DNA of 64,000 nt, taken from contig MNCI01002560.1 of assembly GCA_015680685.1 (NCBI GenBank), positions 1 through 64,000 of the forward strand, written 5' to 3'. This document shows positions 41,101-54,066 of this stretch, piece by piece. Made by a program: the position numbers and the translations under genes. Positions within the stretch are counted from its first letter, which is position 1. Each line of letters begins with the position of its first letter. Source of the stretch: Gnetum montanum. Lineage: Eukaryota > Plantae > Gnetophyta. The notes beneath the pieces were generated by a model. It had not been told where the DNA came from. It ran no database searches and saw only the letters and a program-made list of their open reading frames with translations.

Positions 41101-41615
41101 CTCAAGAAAATGTTGAACGATAGCAAGTGCAAGTGGCATGAGTAGCTTTTCCACATACTTTGGGCTTATATAATGACATACCATACAATAATAGGTGTAA
41201 TCCCATATATCATTATCTATGGTTATGAAGCTATTTTTCATCTTGAATTACAAGTAGCATCACTCTGAATGACCCTATCCAACTTCATCAACAATGAACA
41301 AAATAAGAAGCTACTTATAATGGACATAGACTTGGTGGAGGAGCATTGTGTATGAATTCTTGTTCAAATCAAATGCTATCAAGAGAGGTATAAATATTAG
41401 CACCATCATAACGTAGATAAGTGCAAGATCAAGGAAGATGACTTGGTCCTCAAAGCTATCCATGAATATGCAAAAAAAAATTCAACCAATTGAAAAGGAT
41501 CTTTCTTAATTACCGAGGCCTACAACAATAGGGCCTATTGGATAGCATACATGAATGGGAATGAGTTGGGCAATCTAGTCAATCATTCCTATCTAAAGCC
41601 ATATTACATGTACCT
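38147..41615 (+). pseudogene. pol: Element B pol block RT-RH-aRH-INT
   Basis: DLNKATIKDDFPL, YVDDRAVKS, LNPKKYVF, CTNNIVEYEGLI..KGNSKLVVNQ, IVIDNGPQF, LWAY, NHSYLKPYY. Confidence 0.92.
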
Positions 41616-42626
41616 AACAATAGCCAACAAGTGAGCCTACTTTTCATGGCCTACCAAGGCCTTAAATTGGCAACACATGTGACCTTTGGTAATAAGTTTT
41701 GCTAATCATTCTATGTTTACTTATACATTTAATTGTAACAACATGAATTTTTTCATCTAGTTTTATTCTTCTCTTGGACTTGTACTTGTAGGGTGAAGCT
41801 ATAAGTCATCATGGAGGTGCAACTCATCACAGTGACAAGTCATCATGTAACCTCAATCTACAAGACTTGGTGAGTTTGTCTTACCATGAAAAGAGTACTT
41901 GGTTCATATCATTTCCATTACCATTCCCTTGAGCCCAATCCCATAACCAAATTATAACCTTCCTTACCTTGAATGTCAATGTTAACTAATGTTTGACACT
42001 CATGCACAATGGTTGTATGACATCCCTTCATCATGCTCCACCTTCAAGTCCATTGATTGTAACACACCTCATTCAATGGAAAGCCATCTATGCCAATGAG
42101 TATGGCACATCTCACTTAATGGGAAGAACAAGTTAAATCAACGTTGGAAAGAGAATCCAAATGAAGGTTTAACACCATGAAAAAAAGGAAACAAAAATGG
42201 TGAAAAGAAAATTTCCAATAAAGTGAGTAGCCAATGAAGCTTAAAGGACAAATCAGTGGCTCCAAACATGTAAAGGGAGGAGCCTAATAGCCAAACTAAC
42301 CTTGGAGTGAGATGTTGGTTTCTCAAATGCATTTTTCAAGTAAACCACACTTCAAAGCACAAAGTGTGAAGCTCAAATGGATTGCCCAACATGTCTATTC
42401 AACATTGTAGCCATGATGTCAATGCTTGAAATGCATTTTCAACCTTCATGATCATTTTCATATCACCTCATTACTTGTTACCTCATCAGAACCTCACCCC
42501 ATCATCATGAACACTCTTGGGCATGGTTTGACACTACTAAATCAAGCACAAAGAGGAAATGTTGGTGATGGACTTGTAGTGATGTTTTACATTCTTCCTT
42601 AACATCTCTTAGAAAAATCCTCCAAA

Positions 42627-43130
42627 TGTAATGTCCCATTCCTTGTTAAGGATGGAAAAAATTATAAATAATGTAATTAACGTTCTAATGAAGGGGAACC
42701 TTGTTATGAGGTGTTATGATTATTCATGATGGAAAAGGGTTTGACCTATGCCATTTAAGGCCAAGGTTAGAAGTTGTGTCAAGCATGGAGCTATAGAGGT
42801 TGGATAGGCAAGTAACGAGGGTTGGGTGAAGCAAGATAAAAAGGGACTGATCACCCCTTTAGCAAGATAGCCTAAACATGGTGGTATTGTTGAATTGTCT
42901 CTAAAGATTAAGTGGCATAGGAAGATAACCCAAAAGGGCATTATAGTACTGTTTTTCATTAATATAATTTTTCCATTTTCCTTGCTTAATTCTTCATTAC
43001 TAATTACTTATTTTCCAATTAATTCATTATTTAAGTATTTATAATTTTTTTTATATAATATATAAGAAAATAGTGAATGTAATAAATTAGGCATTCATAT
43101 TTTTATGACATCTAAGAATGGGATGTCACA
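42627..43130 (+). repeat. Element C 5' LTR
   Basis: Direct repeat of 52089-52598. Confidence 0.93.
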
Positions 43131-43132
43131 TT

Positions 43133-43144
43133 TAGTATCTGACC
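43133..43144 (+). promoter_or_regulatory. Element C PBS (degenerate tRNA-iMet)
   Basis: tagtatctgacc vs TGGTATCAGAGC, 9/12, 2 nt after the LTR. Confidence 0.55.
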
Positions 43145-43349
43145 AAAATTCAGAAACCAAAGTGGAAGAAAAACATTATTTTATTATTATTATTATCATA
43201 GAACATAAGTACATTTAAGCAAAAGAACAATATGGAGGAAAATATTATTTTATTATTTTGTAATCATGAGGAGTAAGAGGAAGTACATCTAAGTAAGATA
43301 TAGAAAAGGAAGAATCGGGGAAACAAGTAGAATGGGAAAATAAAGATAA

Positions 43350-45800
43350 GGCAACTATAATTATTTGTTATGACTGAATGATTTAAGAATATTTGTAACT
43401 ATCTTCAATTGGGATTATCTTTCTTCAATAGCAGCATTTTCTTTAATAAGCACTGCTTTACATCTAGACAGTCCATCACATAACTATTTGATATATTTGG
43501 TTGCATATCTTTCTGTAGCTACTGATTTCTCTTTTGTTTGAAGCTGAGTATTTAACATATCCATTTGTATTGATTGATCATTCATGTTTCTTTTTTCATT
43601 CCTTTTCTTTTCTCTATAGAAAGAAAATTTAAATTATGAGTTATTAGAAAATCAACAAAAAAAGAGAGAGAGAAGAGAAAATTAATATANNNNNNNNNNN
43701 NNNNNNNNNNNNNNNNNNNNNNNTATAATCATTGTCGATTTCAAGGAAATGTGCATGAGTATCCAAATGGTGAGCATAACATGTTGCACTTTCCAACACT
43801 CCTAAGAGTTGCTCCAAATTTTTTATAGCATCTAGAGCATCATCAGGAATTGGATGCCAAGATGATGGAAGTCCAGCCTATATTAAATTATAATCTATCT
43901 TGAAATTGCATGATTGCAACTCCCATAGATAATAGACATCCTCACAAACAAAATAGGGTTTTTTGTTAGAGATTTGTTGATTAATATGTTGAATAAGCAC
44001 AAGTTCTTCTATAGTAGCTGCCATTATCTTTCCCATAGAATAAGAATAACTAGAGATAGAGAAAGAAGAAGCCACTAGAATAAATTCAAAAATTGTTGTT
44101 GGTGCTGCCTATGGAAGGAAACCTCTTCCAAGTGTTAGAGAAAAAGAAGGTATGAGTGGCGATCTAGGTGGTGGTGAAATAGAAGTTTGTGCATAAATAG
44201 CACCTACATCAGCTTTATCCATCTCCTAGATAAAATACTATTGGTCCATAAACCTTTGGAACAATTTTTTTTAATTAAAATCATACAAGAATAAGAGAAA
44301 AGTATTCAAACCTTTAAATAATCAAAACCTACCTTTCGTTGCTTTCCCTTATCATGTCTTGAACTTTGTTGAGTTGGTTGGGATTGTTGTTGAGCCTACT
44401 ATTAGGTTGGTTGTCTCATAACTACTGGACCACCAAAACTTTTCCTAGTACATTGTCTTTACAAAAAGAAATTTATTTTAAAATATAAGAATAAAATATA
44501 AAAATATAGATAAGATATTAAACTAACTAAATTATATTTAAATATATACATTGGGAGCAGAAAATATGATCTATTCTTGTAATTAAACCATACCAAAGGT
44601 CAAATTATCTTGAATTTCTTCAACCTGTATAGCCTCAACACTATGTGTTGGTTCATTCTACAACTCAGATTGCACTATCAAATACATAAAAAAAATCAAC
44701 AAAAAAGGAAATAATAAAAACATGGAAATACCTCACTGATTTCCTCTTGACTCTAAACTTACTGTAGATATAGTTGACCTTTCTTGGCATCCATAATCTT
44801 GCTCCTTATAACTCTCTCATTTTTAAGAAATTTAGGGCATAACCGAGGATTGTAACGAGTAAAATGTTTCTTGAGATGATCATAACTTAGGATCATATAC
44901 ATGATCAATGATATACAACATAGGGTATAGGGTTGGGAAGGATTTTATTGGGTAATAGTACTTTTAGTCATAGTAGTATACTAGGTAGAGAAACAAGATA
45001 TTGACCAATCATAAACTCTAGCAGTTATGGCATCATGAAGTATGAAAATAGAATAAGAAGTAATACTAAATTGTTTTCTATACCATAGAAATTTGCTACT
45101 AATGAATAGATATAAGTCAAAATGAGCATCATTAATGAAATCCTTATGAAAAAATTGATTTTTATGAATGTTAGAATTAGTAACATAATTAGATAATTCC
45201 TTCTTACAAAAAGATTTAAATTGTTGAGAATAAATTGAAGAAATTAAAGGATCCTCTCCTGGTTGAAAGCCTAAGATCACTTTAATATCAAGAGGAAGGA
45301 CTGTTATAGCTCCAAAAACTAATTGAAAAATAGAACTTTTCTTATTATCGTACTGCTCAAACCACTCCAAAAGAATACTCTTGCATTGGAAAAGTTTAAA
45401 TATTAGAAAAACCAATAAATCAGCTAACCTAGAAGTGGTAAGGTACTTAAAACCCTTCTTCCCAAGTAAGGTATGAACCGAATCAGAAGCAATAAGGACA
45501 TTATTTTGGTGTAAAGAAATATTAGACAACAAAGAGCCACTACCTAAAAGGGCCTAATGTGAAGCCTGATGTTTGGGAGCCATAAATTCTTTATAATAGA
45601 AAATCTTCAAGCTTCTTTGTTTACAGTAAAAAGTAAATTATCCTATTTCTTATATTTATAATATAATCATAGAAATATTATGATAAAGCAAAGAGAAAGT
45701 ATAACTTAGGATAACAAAATATTTAATAAAAGTTAACACATATTTTTTTAAAAAGAAAAATCTAAAGTTTACCTTTTATTTTTAAAGCTAACATTCATTT
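43350..45800 (-). pseudogene. Antisense, apparently intron-containing gene remnant in the C 5' region, with a PMD/DUF1985-like exon (44981-45532)
   Basis: LLEWFEQYDNKKSSIFQLVFGAITVLPLDIKVILGFQPG resembles the PMD-type motif; minus-strand splice-like sites (aag|gtaaac ~45770, gag|gtatt ~44730, aag|gtagg ~44333, tatctag| ~44226, tctatag| ~43614). Confidence 0.5.
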
Positions 45801-46299
45801 TTTTCGGATTTTATGATTTCTAGGCTTACTATATTTTTATATTTTATGATTTTTAGGCTCAATAAAGTGTAGTTATTTGTAGTTTAACATGAAGTATTTC
45901 CAAGATGATTCCAGTGGTATCAATTTCATCAAAATCTAACTTACGGTTTGGAAGATATTGTCATTCTTGATTTATGTGTAGTTTAAAATTTAAAATTAGA
46001 TATATATATATATTAAAAAATTTAATAATAATAAAATTTTTAAACAAGGGGTCTCAGGTTCAATCCTAAGCCTTGATTTCTAATTTAAATATATATATAT
46101 ATAATATTAAAAAAATAAAAATAAAAATAATAAAATAGGGGGCGCTAAGGCCTGTGGCGAGGGCTACAACCAACCGTGGTAAGGTTGCAGCTAGGCTATA
46201 GCTAGCCAGTCGAGGGGTCATGGACCATAGCTTTAGCCCTTGGGGGGCCAGTCCCCAAAATGGGGCAGAATAAAAATCCACACTATGACTATTTGCCCC

Positions 46300-46730
46300 C
46301 ACCACCACTACATCGCTGCTCATACCATTATCACCGATGCTACCCAAGCCTACCATGTTGCTTGTGCCACTGCTGTTTGTTGCCACTGTTGCCTCTTGCA
46401 CCCCTGGTGCTACCACATAGCCATGTGCCGCTAACACTGCACAACATTGTAATGGCCTGCAGCTATGCACGACCTGCAACAACACCTCACCTTCAACCAT
46501 GAATGCCATCACTACCTTCTCTTTGCCACCATCACTACCTTCTCTTTGCCACCATCACTACCTTCTCTCTACCACCCATCATTGACTCCTGTGTCATCCA
46601 TCATTGCCTCTGGAGCCACCCATCACTACCTCTTGTGTCTTCTATCATTGCCTCTTACACTACCCATCACCACCTCCCACATCATCCATCACCATCTCCT
46701 ACACTACCCATCACTACCTTCTAGCCACTG
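46300..46730. repeat. C-rich low-complexity tandem repeat (caccatcactaccttct...)
   Basis: ~22-bp units; source of several spurious overlapping ORFs. Confidence 0.8.
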
Positions 46731-46925
46731 CATGGACCATGAAATGGGCCATCCATCAATTGATGAAAAAATCAAATTTTTTCTAACAATTGATGGAAAT
46801 TTTGAAATTCTTGTCAATTGATGAAAATTTTTCAAATTTTTTTGTGCCCATAAGTTTTATTTTAAATAGAAAACATGCTTAAGTATTTACAAAAATTCAA
46901 ATTGGCTCTATGGTAGCAATAAAAA

Positions 46926-46994
46926 TAAAAATTTTATCATTAAGTGTGCATGTTCTAGAGTAGAATTACGATGGGTGACCTCTCAAGAAGTCTT
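46926..46994 (+). pseudogene. 5S rRNA-derived fragment (internal Pol III promoter: A box, IE, C box)
   Basis: ttaagtgtgcatgttctagagtagaattacgatgggtgacctctcaagaagtc aligns to plant 5S TTAAGCGTGCTTGGGCGAGAGTAGTACTAGGATGGGTGACCTCCTGGGAAGTC. Confidence 0.75.
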
Positions 46995-47343
46995 GAAAAA
47001 CATAAAACTTGAGAAAACTTAAAATGACTATAACTTTTGCATCCATAGTTTATTTTTAACCAAAAAAAATCAATTTCAACAAATTAAAACCCTCTATACT
47101 CAATGGAATGGTCAGATTTAGCTTTTAAACTACATAAAATTTGCATTTAATTCATTATTTTAGGTTCCAAAAATAATTAGGATTCAATACTCGATGAAAA
47201 ATGCATAATAGTTTCAAATTCTTTCACAACTAATTAAATGATTTTGAATCCCATAAAAAGGGCCATAGAGGTTGACAATTATCAACATACTTAAGTTCTT
47301 CAACTTACTAATGTCTAGAACCTAAAGAATAAACTAGAGAGAA

Positions 47344-50300
47344 ATGGAAACCTGAATAAATGATCGAATCAATGCCCTTGAAGACCAAATTAATGAGATC
47401 ATGGGTGTTCAAGAAGAACTTCATCACTCAAACCAAGGGTTCAGGATAGAGATGCAAAATATGTCAAAAGAAATTAGGAAATTTTCCCAAATTTTGGAAG
47501 GTGAATTGTCAGACGTGCAAGAAAAGATGGATTCCTTTGTAAACTACATCAAGTAATTAATCAACCATCTTATTCAAACCTTAAAATCCTACCCACGGTC
47601 TACCTAGAAAAAAAATCAAAATCAACCTCCCACTAGGGATTCACAACAAAAACAACCCCCAATTTTTAGTAGATAGGATACTGAAATCCATCTTGTAGAC
47701 CATAGACCTAAAACTGAAGGTGAACGATATGGGAACTAGCTTCATCCACATAGAGAAACATTGACACAAGTTCATGCTAAGAAAGTAAAATTAGATCATT
47801 ATGATGAAGCCCCTAGATCTAGTGCTAAGGTAAAGGATTAGCTTGATACAATAAAAAATTACTTCTATATGTTAAATTTGTAAATCCATGAACATCTTTA
47901 AGAGGACTTGTAGCAACATGGTGGAATGGACTATGCTCTCAAGGTTTGATTACAAATTATCTTAATGTTTCTTAGGATTTTGATTAGAAATTTGTTCTCA
48001 ATTCTTTTCTCAAAGAGTGTAAAATGAGACTTGATTCCTTAAGGTTGGGAAGAGGATCCATAAATGATTACTAGAGGGAATTTTGTTATCTTTCTTAGTA
48101 TGTAAGTCAACAAGATGAGGGAGAATCAGCTTCAAAATTTATTGGAGGACTACATGCTCAATTATATCCTCAAACACAAGCCCATAATCTTCAAATTGTT
48201 GATGAAGCATATAGAATTGCTAAGGATTATGAGGAATCAAATTAGATATGAGTGACCCTTCAACAAGCAACTCTTTGACAAACCACTTTTCCACAAGCAA
48301 TGGTAGAGGAGACACCAACAAAAAAATCTTGATTAGGATCTAGATGTTTCTTTTGTGGTGAAGATAATTTTAAATGTCATTGTCCAAAATTTTGAGGAAA
48401 AATACAAAGGACCAACCAAATTTAAAATCCAAAACCAAGCCTAAACATGAACAAAGGAAAAATTCTAGCCACTACCACAAGCATCAAGAAGATATCTACA
48501 TCAACTAAATCAAGTTTGCGTAAATTTCAATTTCCTTTACTAATTTTTGAAGGTTCAATTGAAGGTAAAAAAATTAAATTTTTGATTGACAGTGGTGCCA
48601 ATGATAACTTTATTTCACCAAAGTTAATTAATGTATTAAAATTAAGTTTACCTTCTAAGAAAATTAGTAAGATAGAACTAGTAGATGGAACAACTATGAG
48701 CAAACATACCAGGTATGGAGAAATTAACTTTACCTTGCAAAACATGCCTTTCATTGATAAATTTTTTGAATTTGAACTAGGTGATGTTAATGTAATTTTA
48801 GGAATGTCTTTCTTGTAAAAATTAGATGTTACTACCCACTTTGACATTTGTATTTTAAAAGTTCCAACCATTAATGGAGTTAGTGTTCTAAAGGGGGTAG
48901 GAATAGCAAAGAAAATTCATATGATAATTATTAAGTAAGCTAAAAGATTAGTTAAAAAATGTGCTATAATGTTGGTTGTTAAAGCAACCCAACCTAAAAA
49001 ATTTTCAAGTGTTGAGATCCTGAATGAACTTAAGGAATATAAAAATTTAGTATTTGGTGAAACTAGAGAACTACCTCCAAAAAGAACTATTGAGCATGNC
49101 ATAAAAATTTAGTATTTGGTGAAACTAGAGAACTACCTCCAAAAAGAACTATTGAGCATGCCATTGATATTTTCGTTGGTATACAACCTATCTTGAAAGC
49201 TGCTTATAGATTTTCTACTTCAGAATTAAGAGAATTAAAAGTACAATTAGATCAATTATTGGAAGAAGGAAAAATTAGACCTAGTGTATCACCTTGGGGT
49301 GCACTAGTTTTATTCATTAAAACGAAAGATGGTATACTAAGATTATGCATCGTTTATAAAGCATTAAATAAAGTGACTATTAAAAATACTTACCCTTTAC
49401 CTAGAATTGATGATTTATTTAATCAACTTACAAGTGCATGTTATTTCTCAAAGATTGATTTAAAATCAGGTTATAACCAAATAAGGATTAAGCAGGAAGA
49501 TATTGAGAAAACTACTTTTAGAACCAAATATGGATTATATGAATTTGTTGTGATGCTATTTGGATTAACTTATGTAGCTACAACATTTATAGCATTAATG
49601 AATAATATTTTTCATGAATATCTTGATCAATTTTTTATAGTATTTATGTATGATATACTTGTTTATTTCAAATCAAGAGAAGAACATATCAAACATTTGA
49701 AAACTATAATGGAAATTCTTAAATAACATCAAATAAAATCTAAATAGAGTAAATGTGAACTCTTTAAGAAAGAAGCTTCATACTTAGGACATATAGTTTT
49801 CAAGAAAGGATTGCAAGTAGATCTAGCAAAAATTAGTATGATCTGGGATTAGCTTGAATTAAAAGATGTTAAAGTAGTTTTTAGTTTCTTAGGGTTAGCT
49901 AGTTTTTATTGACATCTCATTAAAGATTGTTCTACCTTGGTAGTTCCATTAACTAACCTTTTGTAGGAGAAATGTGTGTTCAAATTTGATGAAAAATCCA
50001 GGGATCTTTTCTTAGATTAAAGATGCTACTTACAACAATACCTATTTTGAGAATTCTGGATGAAGATCTACCATTTGTAGTATCCACGAATTCCTATGGA
50101 ATAGGAATCAGTGCAGTTCTTTCATAGGAAGATAAAGTGGTATGTTATGAATCTCATAAATTATGAGGAGTTGAGGTAAATTACTCAACCCATGATTTAA
50201 AATTACTAGCAATTGTTCATGCTTTGAAAGTTTAGAGACATTATCTTTGTAGAAAAAGGTTTGTATTAAAACCAAATCATAAAAGTCTAGAATATTTGCA

Positions 50301-51910
50301 AAGAAAACCTATTTTGAATACTCGTCAAAGGTAATGGATAGAATTATTGGTAGAATATGATTTTGAAATCAAATATATTCCCAGTAGGAAAAATGTGGTA
50401 GCTAATGGCCATAGTCAAATGAGAAATTTATTGATAGGTATGGTAATGACTCCTATGGAAGAAGAAATTAAGGAACAAATAAAAGAAGACCCTTACATTA
50501 AAAAAAATTTAACCAGCATTTCCTATGAGCTTCAATATCAACTTACTTCTAATGGTTTATTGATGAAAGGACAAAGAGTATGCATACTAGAAGGAAACTG
50601 GAGACTAAGGTTGTTGTGTGAAGCACATGAAGTACCATAGGTTAGACACCTTGATAATATTAAGACCTATATGATAATTCAAAAATCTTATTTTTGGCTT
50701 GGAATGAAGAATGATGTATCTACATACATTAAAAATTATCCAACATGTTAAAGAATAAAAGCTAAATAGAGGAAACCTAGTGGATTATTACAACCTTTGG
50801 AAGTCCCAACCTAGAAATGGGAAGATATCACTATGGATTTCACTGTTAGATTGCCAATAATTAGAAAAGTAAATGAATCAATTTTTAAAGTAGTTGTTCA
50901 TCTATCAAAGATGGCACATTTTTATATCATCTAATGATAGTCAAATGTGGAATTTAACAAAATCTACAAACATAGTAGAAGAAATAGCCCAAAAATTCAT
51001 ATGAGAAATATTTTGATTACATGGTTGCTCAAAATCTATCACTTTGAATAGAGATCCCAAGTTCATATCCAAATTTTGAAAAAATTTCTTTAGAGCTTGG
51101 AACCTAATTGAAATTTAGCATAGCTTATCACCCTAAGACTAATTGACAAGCTAAACATGTGAATAGATTATTAGAAGATATCTTACAAAGCTATGTCAAG
51201 AGTCGACCAAAAATGTGGGAGAATTATTTACATCTAGCAGAATTTTCCTACAATAACAATTATCAAGGTTCCATACATCGAACAACATTTAAAGTAGTAT
51301 ATGGACATAATGGTTGGACATCATTAACCTAGGTAGATCCAACCTTAAGAGTAGAATGGAAGGAAGAAGAAATGAAAATAATGGAAAACATTGTCACAAG
51401 GGTTAAACAGAATTTACAAGGTGCCCAAGATAAATATAAAGGATATCCAAATCAACATTGACTTAAAAGAGAATTCAAAGTAGGTGTTCAAATATTACTA
51501 AGAGTAAAACCTAACAGAAGTTCTCTTAAATTGGGAAAATATACTAGATTAGCACCTAAATTTTGTGGACCTTTTGAAATCTCTAAAAGAATTAGCAAAG
51601 TAGCATATCAATTGAATCTTCTAGAAACCATAAAATTTCATCCAATTTTTCATGTGAGCTTGATAAAGAAATTTCATAATATGATGTACCATATGTATTA
51701 GATTGGAATACTTAGTCATTATAATCTAATGTCAACTTTGAAGTTAAACCCATTGCTATTAATAATCAATGAATCAAGAAATTACAAAATAAAACTATTA
51801 GTGATGTACTTGTTCAATGATCAAATTGTCATCAAAAGACATGGGAAAATAGGGAGTTTATTATAAATAATTACCTCCAACTTTTTGATCATCATGATAT
51901 TGAATGATAG
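47344..51910 (+). pseudogene. gag-pol: Element C gag-pol with C-terminal chromodomain
   Basis: [89 protein letters not shown], chromodomain KPIAI..VLVQ*..TWE (~51740-51890). Confidence 0.93.
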
Positions 51911-52075
51911 GTTGAATTTATTATGGATGTAATAAATTATGTTTATAAGTTTTGATCTTTTATTTGTATAGATGATAATGAGAAAATAAGGGAACTGAAG
52001 TGAAGGAGCATAAAAATGAAGTAGGCATTGAGTAGTTGGATATAGAGGAAGTGCTCAAGGAAGGGCTAGATGCTT

Positions 52076-52088
52076 AAGGGGGGTAGAT
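52076..52088 (+). promoter_or_regulatory. Element C PPT
   Basis: aaggggggtagat before the 3' LTR. Confidence 0.85.
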
Positions 52089-52598
52089 TGTAACATCTTG
52101 TCCCTTATTAAGGATGGAAATAATTTTAAACAATGTAATTAGCCTTCTAATGAAAGGACACCTCATTATGAGCGGTTATGATTATTCATGTATTCCTTGG
52201 GAAAAGGTTTGACCTATGTCATTTAAGGACCAGATTAGAGGTCATGCCAGGCATGGAGTTGCAGAGCCTAGAGAGGCAAGTAATAGGAGCTAGGTAAAGT
52301 AGGACAAAAAGGAACTGATCACCCCTTTGGTAGGATAGCCTAACTATGGTGGTAGTGCTAGATTACCTCTAAGGCTTAAGTGGCATAGGAAGATAACCCA
52401 AAAGGGTGTTACAATACTCTTTTTCATTAATATAATTTTTTCATTTTCCTTGATTAATTCTTCAATAACAATTATTTATTTGCTAGTTAATTCATTATTT
52501 AAGTATTTTTAATGTTTCTAGTATAATATCTGAGAAAATGGTGAATGTAATAAATTCAACATTCATATTTTTATGACATCCAGAAATGGCATGTCACA
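52089..52598 (+). repeat. Element C 3' LTR
   Basis: tgtaacatc...atgtcaca. Confidence 0.93.
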
Positions 52599-52606
52599 CC
52601 AGAGAT

Positions 52607-52623
52607 AAAAAAAGAGGGACTAA
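52607..52623 (+). promoter_or_regulatory. Element B PPT
   Basis: aaaaaaagagggactaa before the LTR; homologous to the A PPT. Confidence 0.8.
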
Positions 52624-54061
52624 TGGAACACCACCAAAATTCATGTTGCAACCTTCATTTCCTAACTTGAGACAAGGATTTCTTGAAAATGTGAGATACA
52701 ATCTTGCATACTTTTGGAGCAAAAGAAAAATTCTTTAAAATTTATTATTGCTTTTCTTCCCAAGTAGAAAAAGGTATCCCATGTTAGTATTTGAATTTGG
52801 GAAGGCTAAAACCACCTTTGAAATTGCTAAAATTAGCATTTACATGGTTTTCTGTATAGGTATATCCCCAACTACGCTAGAGCCATCAAATATTTCTAAT
52901 ACTATAGTAGACATAGTGCTATAATAGACGAGAAGTTCTATGTCATTCCAAGAGATGGAAATGGCCATCGTAGTCATTGCCAAGATACAAAATAAGTGCA
53001 ACATTGGAACTATTAGGATTTTCATTTTTTCCAACATTGGCCAACATAATCACTCCAAGATTTTAGCATGTTTTCAATGAAAGGATATGAAAGCATAGTT
53101 GCAACTCTAGTATAGTCCGTCAAAGCCAAAGCCAACATAGTAAGAAGGGTGACAAAATAGTCACAAAAGTTTGTTTACTATTTATAGTAAATGGATGGAT
53201 TTTGTGGTTGTAGTCCATACTAGACTTATTATAAATGGTAATTATGCTAAGATTTAATAGATGTTGTACCTAAAAATTAATGCTAATCTATTAGCAATAA
53301 TTTCAATAGTGCATAGACCCAAAAATAGTCACATCAACCTTTTATACCAAACATAAACAACATATTCAAATTCCAATTTTTTTGACATCTACAACCTTCA
53401 TAGTAGTTATTACCTTTCACAACTACCAATGTCCATTTCAATCTTATTTCCACTTTTTCTGGTAGCAAAAATAGGTACTACACTAAGAAAAAATACTCCC
53501 ATATAGTTTCCATTGCACCAAAAAGTAAAAATCAATTTCTATAACCACATTGTAGATCCTAGTGAAAACTAAGGAAAAGTTGCTAGAAATTGAGGCTAGG
53601 AAGAAACCAGATTGTGGAGTTGTCATAGAACACACCCTACCTTCTCCAATGAACTTCAAGATCCTACAAGCATCTTTTGGTCCTCTTGGCACAAAATATG
53701 TACTTCATGAACCTTATTCTTTATTTTTATTTAAATAAATTTATGGTTCATGTTGTGCAAGTTTTACTTTATATTTTTATTTCTACAATTATTTTCATTC
53801 TAGATCTGCAACTTTTACTTTGATTTTGTTCTTAGCTTCATTTTCATTTTTAGCTTCATTTTCATTTTCATTGCTAAAGCCATTTGCATCTCCATTTGCA
53901 CTTCTGTTTACACTTTCATAAGTCCCTGGGTGATTATTAAGATTTTCTAGGGCATCTTGAATCATATTTTTGGAGGACCTTGGGATTCAGGGTTAAAATT
54001 ATTTTGGTGCTTGGATTTCTTTTGCAATCCATTCCAACAACCAAAATTTCTAGCACCAACA
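52624..54061 (+). repeat. Element B 3' LTR
   Basis: tggaacaccaccaaaattcatg...ctagcaccaaca followed by TSD TGTGA. Confidence 0.93.
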
Positions 54062-54066
54062 TGTGA

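Larger units (their letters stand above)
42627..52598 (+). mobile_element. Element C: chromovirus (Tekay-like) Ty3/gypsy element nested just upstream of the B PPT
   Basis: ~0.5-kb LTRs TGTAA..TCACA; TSD CCAAA/CCAGA (4/5); gag zinc knuckle, PR, RT, RH, INT, chromodomain. Confidence 0.92.
24129..54061 (+). mobile_element. Element B: decayed Tat-lineage Ty3/gypsy element (~20 kb excluding nested C), related to A
   Basis: Two LTRs TG..CA; perfect TSD TGTGA (24124-24128, 54062-54066); LTR start tgaaacacca shared with A; same domain order. Confidence 0.93.

Noticed and set aside
46066-46821. Cluster of overlapping His/Cys/Pro-rich ORFs
   Set aside because: Produced by a stop-poor C-rich simple repeat.
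49039-49160. Exact ~60-bp tandem duplication in C pol
   Set aside because: Copies are identical and joined at an N; typical unmerged contig overlap.
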